From assembly GCA_951406725.2 (NCBI GenBank), contig OX597829.1:9982001-10046000 (forward strand): a stretch of 64,000 nucleotides of DNA, read 5' to 3'. This DNA is from Octopus vulgaris (lineage: Eukaryota). A program made the translations under genes and the position numbers. Positions 55,801-64,000 of this stretch are shown piece by piece (position 1 is the first letter of the stretch; each line of letters begins with the position of its first letter). Under the pieces are notes generated by a model. That model did not search any database. It had not been told where the DNA came from and saw only the letters and a list, made by a program, of their open reading frames with translations.

Positions 55801-58180
55801 GGCCATCTGAAAAACGCTATGAAAAAAGACTGTTATACAAAGGGAAATTACTGTGTTATAATTCCGCTACTTATATAAATTAAGGTTAAAAGTTGATAGT
55901 AAACACGTAAGCATGCCTACTAATACGCTCACATGTGCGCTCGCGCACCCACATGCGTATGTATACGTCACTATGAAAACGTGCACATCTTCACTCGCAT
56001 TTTTCTCCAAATGTATACGCATATATATACAAACTCACACACACACACACGCGTACCGTAAAGATTCATACATACGTCTATATACGCACAAGCACAAGAA
56101 AAAACATGGTTAAAGGTAACAATACAGAAAAAAAACAACAATACAGAAACAGAAATATAAGGAGGTATACAAAGCGTAAAACCACGTTCATATACGGACA
56201 TGCCCTTATCCAAGCATACACACACACACGCATACACAAAAAATGTATATACATTCATATATACATTCATATATATATACACACATGCATATACATATAT
56301 ATATATTAATGTATAGAGTACATGAAATCAATGCATACACGCTCACACATGCACGCACGCACTCACACACACTCACACGCACGTACGCATATATTAGTGG
56401 CCGATGAACCGCGACCATGCAGCATGTTGTACTGGATCCCATGTTACCAGTAGCACTCATGAGAGAGCTCACAAGAAACTTGACAAAAACGGTAGCCCTA
56501 TTAGGCTTGCCTGGCGAGGAGGGTCTGCTAGAACCCCAGCAAGAAGCAAGACTTGTGTAAAGGACGGATTAAACTAGATTAAGTTCAATGATTATGTCAC
56601 AATAGCACAGTCCTTCAGAAATTCCGATTTGTGACCGGCGTCATTGAAGACCACGGGGTTGGGGTAACCCATAGTTTTTGCTAAAGCATACATCTAAGAG
56701 AAAATCACTCTGATGTAAAACCGAATATACATGGAATATCATTGAAGATTTTGGGGAACTTTTGCTTGCGCTCGAGACATGGCGCTCCCACATTCTCGAG
56801 CCTGTGAGCCATATTGTCGCTGGATATATTGTTCTGCCCTGTCTCTAAATCATATTAGTTGGATGAAGCGTGCCCATAGGGTGCTGTACAAGGATTACGG
56901 GTTGCTCAATCGCCGGTAATTCGACTATTTGATGCCCGTTCGAGCTGGAGAGTGCCGCGGCCAGCTTGAAAGCTGCTGACGCGAACCCGGCGAAATCGAC
57001 TACTGGTGCAATAACCTCATGTACGGGCATTGCTGGCACTTTGCATGGACAGCGATCAGTAATGGTCTTCCTCGAACACGAGTGGAAAGCTACCATCATG
57101 TATATTTATATATTCTTTCTTATTTAGGCAGAAGATCAGAAATTGTAGGCGCAAGGGGCTAATTGTTTACATCGAGTCTATTGCTCGATTAGTACTTGTT
57201 TTTCTACCTCTAAAAAAAAAAAAAAAATGGAAGACAAAGTCAACCTTGGCAGAATTTGAACTCAGAATGTAAAGTTGGGAAAAATACCGTTAAGCATTCT
57301 GTCCACCGTGCCAACGATTCGGTCATCTCGTTGCACCTCGATTTCAAGCAGTGACATCGCTTGACTATTCACTTAAGGACAGATGTGATTTTATAGTCCT
57401 GCTTGGACTCTTTTACACAGATGTGGCAATAATGGATGCTTCTTGCAACAGCTGTTTTAGGAAATCATAGAATTTTTCCCTGAATATTTTGCCTTTGTCT
57501 GCTATAGCCAGCCATATTATGCAAAACGTATTAGACATACTAAAAGTTAAGCTAAGTCTCTTCCTGTAACTTTCTAAAGTGATGAAAAGGTTTGTATGGG
57601 GCCAGTACCAGTCTCGAAACAACCTATGTATTTTCCCCCAAAAGAGCTCGTCTACACCATTGGATGCAAATGAAGTTGCACGTATTATGTCAAAGTTTTC
57701 CGTCTCCTTGACAGATATGTCTACACAAAGACTAGGGGTCTCACTCAGTTGATGGCTGACAGCTGACTCCGCTCAGTAAATCCCTCCTTTGACACGTTTT
57801 GTTTTTCGTCCTTCACTTTGTCCAATGATTGCCGGTTTAGTCGCTGACCATGTGGCATGTACTGGCTTATGTCACCAGTGGCATTAAGAGTGACTACACA
57901 CACACGCACACGCACGCACACATCATGCACAAACACATGTATAAAATTTATACACGTGTGTGTGTGTGTGTAGATTTTATTTTCATCATGTTAAAACTGT
58001 TAATCTTTACACATTTTATTCTCTCCCCGTTTTTTTTCTTCTCAATTCTTTTTGTGGAAGAGCATACGCTCGAAACGTCAAACCTTTACCATTCTTACCA
58101 AACGTTAAACCAATTCACCAGTTTGTTGTTCTCTCACCTGTCTTCGTCTTTTGCTTTCTGTAAATTTAAACAATAGATAT

Positions 58181-58229
<49 letters not shown>

Positions 58230-58278
58230 CAGATAGACAGATAGATAGACAGACAGACAGACAGATAGACAGACAGAC

Positions 58279-58323
<45 letters not shown>

Positions 58324-58366
58324 CATAGACAGATAGATAGACAGATAGATAGACAGACAGACTGAC

Positions 58367-58424
<58 letters not shown>

Positions 58425-58478
58425 GTAGACAGACAGACAGACAGATAGATAGATAAATAGATAGATAGATAGACAGAC

Positions 58479-58553
<75 letters not shown>

Positions 58554-58600
58554 TAGATAGACAGATAGATAGACAGATAGATAGATTAATAGATAGATAT

Positions 58601-59673
58601 GTTTCTTTATTAGCCACACAGGGCTGCACACAGACAGAACAAATTACAAGGTAGAGCTTTTCTTTTGGGGGTAAAAAAGGGGGTTGGTTTTCGATCAAAA
58701 GGGATCGTAAAAGGAAAGAAAGAGGACAAAAAAAGGGGAGGATTTTAAAAAGGTGGGGGGGGGAGGGGAAAAAAAGAAAAGGGAGAGGAAAAAAAAGTTG
58801 ATCAATAGGGATCGTAATCACAGAAATGTCAATATGAAGTGTAAAGGGGAGGACAGGTGAGGTTTACCCGTGGAAAGAAAAGCCTACGGAAAAGACCACG
58901 GTAACCTCTGTCAATGAAGTCACATGTTATATTTCTTTTTTTTTTTTTTTTTGCAAATAAGCAACTCTCTGTATTAATTTTTACGGTTCATAGAATCATA
59001 GTCAAAGTGGCTTCGTCATTCATACGTGCCATCCTTGCTACATTCACCCATCTTTTTTAAAACATTCACTAGACAAAACTTGCCTCTCTACTCTCACTTT
59101 CCTCTTCAAGTGATACTTGAAGAAGTTGATGAGAGATTGACCAGAGAGGAAGGTGTTTGTCTCTAATCCTTTCAGGCGCGTCCACCAGATACATTCTTTC
59201 GCCATAGCCACAAGTATGATAAAAATAGCTCTTCCTTCCCATTTGAAGGAAGGAGGCGTGACGATATTAACGATAGACTCGGCTGATAAACCGACACGTC
59301 CCACACGTGACAGTAGTCGTTCGACATAAGCCCACAGGTCGGAAATTGCAGGACACTGCACGATTGCGTGCAGAACGGTTTCGTCGCTCTGCCCGCATCT
59401 CGGGCAGGTCGGCCCCGTGTTTCTTGAGCCGTGCCTATAGAGCTTATCCCGAACGGGTAGCGCTTCTCTGTAGCACCGCCAGGCCAGGGATCTCTGGAAG
59501 TTGTCCATAGGTCCCGGGCGGAAAGTCGTTTGAAACAGGCGGGTCAGGTATTCCTCGTCGACGCCCAGGTTTGCCCCGAGATCGTCGTCGTACCTCCCCT
59601 CCACTAATCCCCTATAGAATGCTTGGGTTGTGTTGAAGTCACTCAAGGTCGACCCGGGACGGCAGAGTTGCTT
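58601..59673 (-). mobile_element. 5'-truncated Tx1/L1-type LINE inside (GATA)n
   Basis: Open frame with CPRCGQSDETVLHAIVQC finger; same 3' end AATAAAGAAAC as 44447-44457; GATA tracts on both sides. Confidence 0.9.
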
Positions 59674-59688
59674 ATAGATAGATAGATT

Positions 59689-59794
<106 letters not shown>

Positions 59795-60542
59795 CATATG
59801 AATTGAAATAAATGCTGTTGGTTTTGTTTAAACAAGTACCCGAACAAATTAAGTTCCATTGTATCGTTAGATAAACCTGTTTAATTTAAAGTTAGAATTT
59901 CAACTAGGTCTGTTTCCGTGCGGTTTATATACATCACTCATTGTAAGAATTCTTTTAGAATGGGAATGAAGTGTCATTAAATTATACATATAAATCATGT
60001 TTTTGTTGAGCAAATGTTCATTACAATGAAATTATCAGCCTATCAACCTACTCTGTCATATTTTAGCATATAAATAGCTAATTAAAGGTATGTTGGAGGT
60101 GAAATCAACTTTTATTTGGTTACATTTAATGAAAAAAAAAAGCAGTAGCTGTAGAAGAAGACTGCTTTTAATGTTTCCGATGGACATTTTCGTTTCAGTT
60201 TATCATTAAAGGCGATAATAAAACATTTATAATTTTATAGTGTAGGTTTACTTGTATTTAGCCTAACTAAATTCATGGGTTTAGGTCAACGCTGGAGAGG
60301 GTCAGTTTTCATTATGGAAATAATGTTATTACTGTAACTCATTTTTATTTTCCCTTCCCACGAAACTGAAACACAGAAACAATGATGCAATGGTAACTAT
60401 TATGCTGGCAATCTTGCAAACAGATTTGTCAGATTTATTTCCTTCTCTTGTTTTATCTTGTTCAACTCTTTTGTTATGTTTTACCATTTTTCGAAACGCA
60501 GTATTTAATGAGCGAGTAAATCTTCAGAGACAGAAGACACGG

Positions 60543-60584
<42 letters not shown>

Positions 60585-61219
60585 GACAGAGACAGACAGG
60601 CACACAGACAGACAGAGACAGAGACAGACAGAACACAGACAGACAGAAGAAGAAGAAGAAGAAGAAGAAGAAGAAGAAGAAGAAGAAGAAGAAGAAGAAG
60701 AAGAAGAAGAAGAAGAAGAAGAAGAAGAAGAAGAAGAAGAAGAAGAAGAAGAAGAAGAAGAAGAAGAAGAAGAAGAATGTAAGTTAAGAGTGAATACGAT
60801 TTAATTAATCAAATAAAGAAGAAAGAAGAGGTCATATCGTTACAGAATGTTTGAAAACCTACCCACATAGTTTATATTAATTTTTCATTATCACTTAATT
60901 TGTGACAAGCAGACGTAAATGTGCAGCTAAAAAGTTCACTTCACAATGATATGTGCGCCCAGATTCATTGTACGACTTTTTTGGGCAAGTGTTTTCTAAC
61001 ATAGCTCCAGAGGAATCAACTGTGTGTATTTGTGTGTATGTTGCAGCTTGGGCATTACTTTATAAGTCGGGTTAACTTATCGGGCAGAGAGAAATGTATG
61101 TATAGAAATTTGTCAGAGGGTATGCACCAAGATGCGAATTAGGTGGAGAAAGACATTCTGGAAAAACAAGATCGTAGCGTAGTTTCAGTTCCAACTCGAA
61201 ACCATTATACATCAAATTC

Positions 61220-61430
61220 ACTCATCCGCCCACAAACCCTCTCCAAGCTTGCCCATCATTTATAAACTCGCTTGCCTCTCTCGCTCCAACACTTCTAACC
61301 ACCAGAGCTTTCCTCACTCCATCCATCTGCACAAACAGAGGTCTGCTTCTGGTTTTGCTGCCTACCACTTCAGCCTTCATCACCCTCCTTACCATCCGCT
61401 CCTCATCCATCCTCCCCATTTTACTTCAAT
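61220..61430 (-). mobile_element. RTE-clade LINE 3' fragment
   Basis: RMDEERMVRRV..GSKTRSRP..DGV..DGQAWR. Confidence 0.65.
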
Positions 61431-61534
61431 GATATCTTCGAGAAAAGTATAAACATCGTCATCCACGTTTCTTTTGCCCTGAAAACGTGAACGATTTTTA
61501 TCTGACGAACAGAACTTAATATTTGTTTTAAATT

Positions 61535-61990
61535 TTAGCACAAGGCCAGCAATTTAGGTTAGAGATTAAGTCGGTTACATCGTCCCCAGTGTTTAACTGG
61601 TACTACTTTATCGACCCAGCTCACGACCTTAAACAGATCTTAGTATTTGAGATGGCAGAGTCGTTAGCACACTGGGTACAATCCTTAGCGGCATTTCATC
61701 AGAGTTCAAATTCCGCCGACGTCGACTTTGCTTTTCGTCCTTTCCAGGCCGATAAAATAAAATATCAGTAGATGAAATCGAGTTAACCCCCAACCGCGAT
61801 ATTGCTTCTGGCCTGTGCCAAAATCTGAAATCAGTTTTAGAATTTAAAATAAGGTGGTGAGCTAGCAGAATGGTTTTGCACACCGGAATAAATGTTTGGA
61901 GGCATTCCATCCGTTTTTACGTTCTAAGTTCAAATGTCACCGAGGTTGGCCTTGCTTTCATCATTTTGGGTTTGATAAAATAAGTACCCG
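61535..61990. mobile_element. Cluster of Meta-domain-like SINEs in both orientations
   Basis: gagttcaaattccgccgacgtcgactttgc..gataaaataa motif, repeated. Confidence 0.65.
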
Positions 61991-62126
61991 GATTCAATAT
62001 AATAAATAACTGGTCAATTACTATGACTGCAATAGCTTTTGTATCCTTTACCCGATTAAGTGTCCCCTTCGGCTTAGTGTCCCCTTCGGCTTACTCCCTA
62101 AGAATAGGGAGTAATGATAAAAATAC

Positions 62127-62284
62127 ACAGAAGTGGCTGTGTGGTAAGAAACTTGCTTCCCAACTACATGGTTCTGGGTTCAGTCCCACTGCGTAGCACC
62201 CTGGACAAGTGTTTTCTACTATAGCCTCAGACCGACCAAAGCTTTGAGTGGATTTGGTAGACAGAAACTGATAGAAGTCCATCG

Positions 62285-62363
<79 letters not shown>

Positions 62364-62378
62364 TAGATAGATAAATAA

Positions 62379-62460
<82 letters not shown>

Positions 62461-62625
62461 GTATTTGTGTGTCTGTGTTTGTCCCTTTACCAACACTTGA
62501 CAACCGATGCTTAGAGGTTCGGCAAAAGACCCGAATAGAATAAGTGCTAGGCTTTAAAAGAATTTGTTCAGCTAAAGGCAGTGCTCCAGCATGGCTGAAG
62601 TCAAATAACTGAAACAAGTAAAAGA
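62127..62625 (+). mobile_element. Octopus-type SINE with expanded internal microsatellite
   Basis: Colinear with 29739-30151. Confidence 0.8.
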
Positions 62626-62963
62626 ATAACAGAATGAAAGAATACTTCGCGCATGGCAAGCGGTGACGATTTTTCATCTTTCACTGAGAAACCAATCTTC
62701 ATTAAATACCCTAACGCCAACTTAACTGTTGTTTTATCATCCAGGTTTCTCAGATTTAAACATCGTGTTAGATGTTTCATATTTCAAGCATATTTTTAGA
62801 CAGTATTGTACATCATCTACTTATTGATTTCCTCATCCTTTCTTCAGCAAATATATTCTAAAATCTCTATTTTGCTACAGAGATCCAGAACTACTGAAAC
62901 ATGTCTGGTGTTCTCTTCCGTAAATGCTGAAATATAACAATGAGCGTAGTGTTTTTGTATATT

Positions 62964-63072
<109 letters not shown>

Positions 63073-63410
63073 GTGTGTGTGTGTGTGTATGTATATTTGT
63101 CCAAAATCTCGGAGTAGGAGAAAGAGTAGTATACGTGAAGGGAGAGGAGAGAAAATAGTAATTCAGTGAAGTAGAAGTAGTAAGAGTAATAGCCCCGACT
63201 TAGAGAGAGTGAATGAAAGCATTATTAACAATGAGAGAAAAGAAGTGGCAAAGAGCTCGCCGTGCATCTTTTGTTTTACTCCATCACAACATATAAATGA
63301 AAAAGGAAGGGGTGATAGTTGAATATTGAAGGAAAAGGTGAAAAAAAGTCAGTGTTTCAATTCTGTGTGAGTATATGTGTGTGTATGTAAAAGGGTGGTA
63401 TGTAAATGCT

Positions 63411-63444
<34 letters not shown>

Positions 63445-63595
63445 TGTTTGTGCAATGGAAATGGGATGGTGAATGTTCAACACTGTAAAGAAAAATCAAA
63501 CAGCATTTCAACTCTGTGTGAGTGTATGTGTGTATGTGTGTGCATGTACAAGGGAAGTATGTGAATGTTTGTGTGATTATTATGTACCTTATTTT

Positions 63596-63632
<37 letters not shown>

Positions 63633-63820
63633 ATATATATATATATAAACATAATACTACGATTAGCTGTCATTTTTGATGGTACAGGGTCAGCTAGTAT
63701 GTATATATATATATATATATAACTTGTAAAACCTCTGATGATTCCACGGCTTTCACAAAAACAGAAAAGAACAGAATTAACTTTTGTTACCTGTTGTTAT
63801 TGTGATTATGGAACCGAATA

Positions 63821-64000
63821 CTAGGTGGTATCAAAACGTTCCCGGACTAATTCTGTAGCGCGTCCAATGTACGGCAGCAAACTGTTGCCTGCGCATTGAG
63901 AGATAGCACAGTGAACTTCATGCGGAAGTGTGCCGAGTGGCATCGCTGTTTGCTTCGCAAGTTATAAAATATGTTTTTTGATCACGTGTATGTTGTAGTC
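63821..64000 (+). mobile_element. Mariner-like left end, cut by the window edge
   Basis: TA followed by ctaggtggtatcaaaacgttcccggact, resembling a mariner TIR. Confidence 0.45.

Noticed and set aside
58050-58085. gagc-atac-gctc gaaa cgtc minimal hammerhead half (also 49466-49497)
   Set aside because: The CUGANGA strand is too altered to list as a feature; kept only as weak context.
63734-63775. ctgatga ... gaaa
   Set aside because: No paired stems.

Overview
AT-rich, microsatellite-saturated animal DNA. It is most likely octopus (coleoid cephalopod), an inference from SINE families I recognise by eye. I found no supportable host protein-coding gene, rRNA, true tRNA or CRISPR array, and most ORF-track entries are microsatellite translations. 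The window is an intronic/intergenic mosaic of decayed mobile elements: R4/Dong-type LINEs beside (TAA)n, Tx1/L1-type LINEs, RTE fragments, Penelope-like (RT + GIY-YIG) remnants, mariner/maT transposons and MITEs, non-autonomous Helitrons and many tRNA-derived SINEs. The main unexplained signal is a dense set of more than ten type-I hammerhead ribozyme motifs, intact, variant or decayed. Most sit in small non-coding elements inserted at (TA)n tracts, with tandem and/or fold-back architecture. They include a 560-nt unit bounded by hammerheads (10.6-11.8 kb), rod-like hairpins with a hammerhead in the loop (33.3-33.8 kb, 40.3-40.7 kb), a divergent double-hammerhead (49.6-50.1 kb), and a dispersed copy starting at the predicted self-cleavage site (31796 vs 38380). 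This looks like a multi-family retrozyme / non-autonomous Penelope system. All motifs were read manually; no folding, alignment or database search was run, and most element boundaries are approximate.
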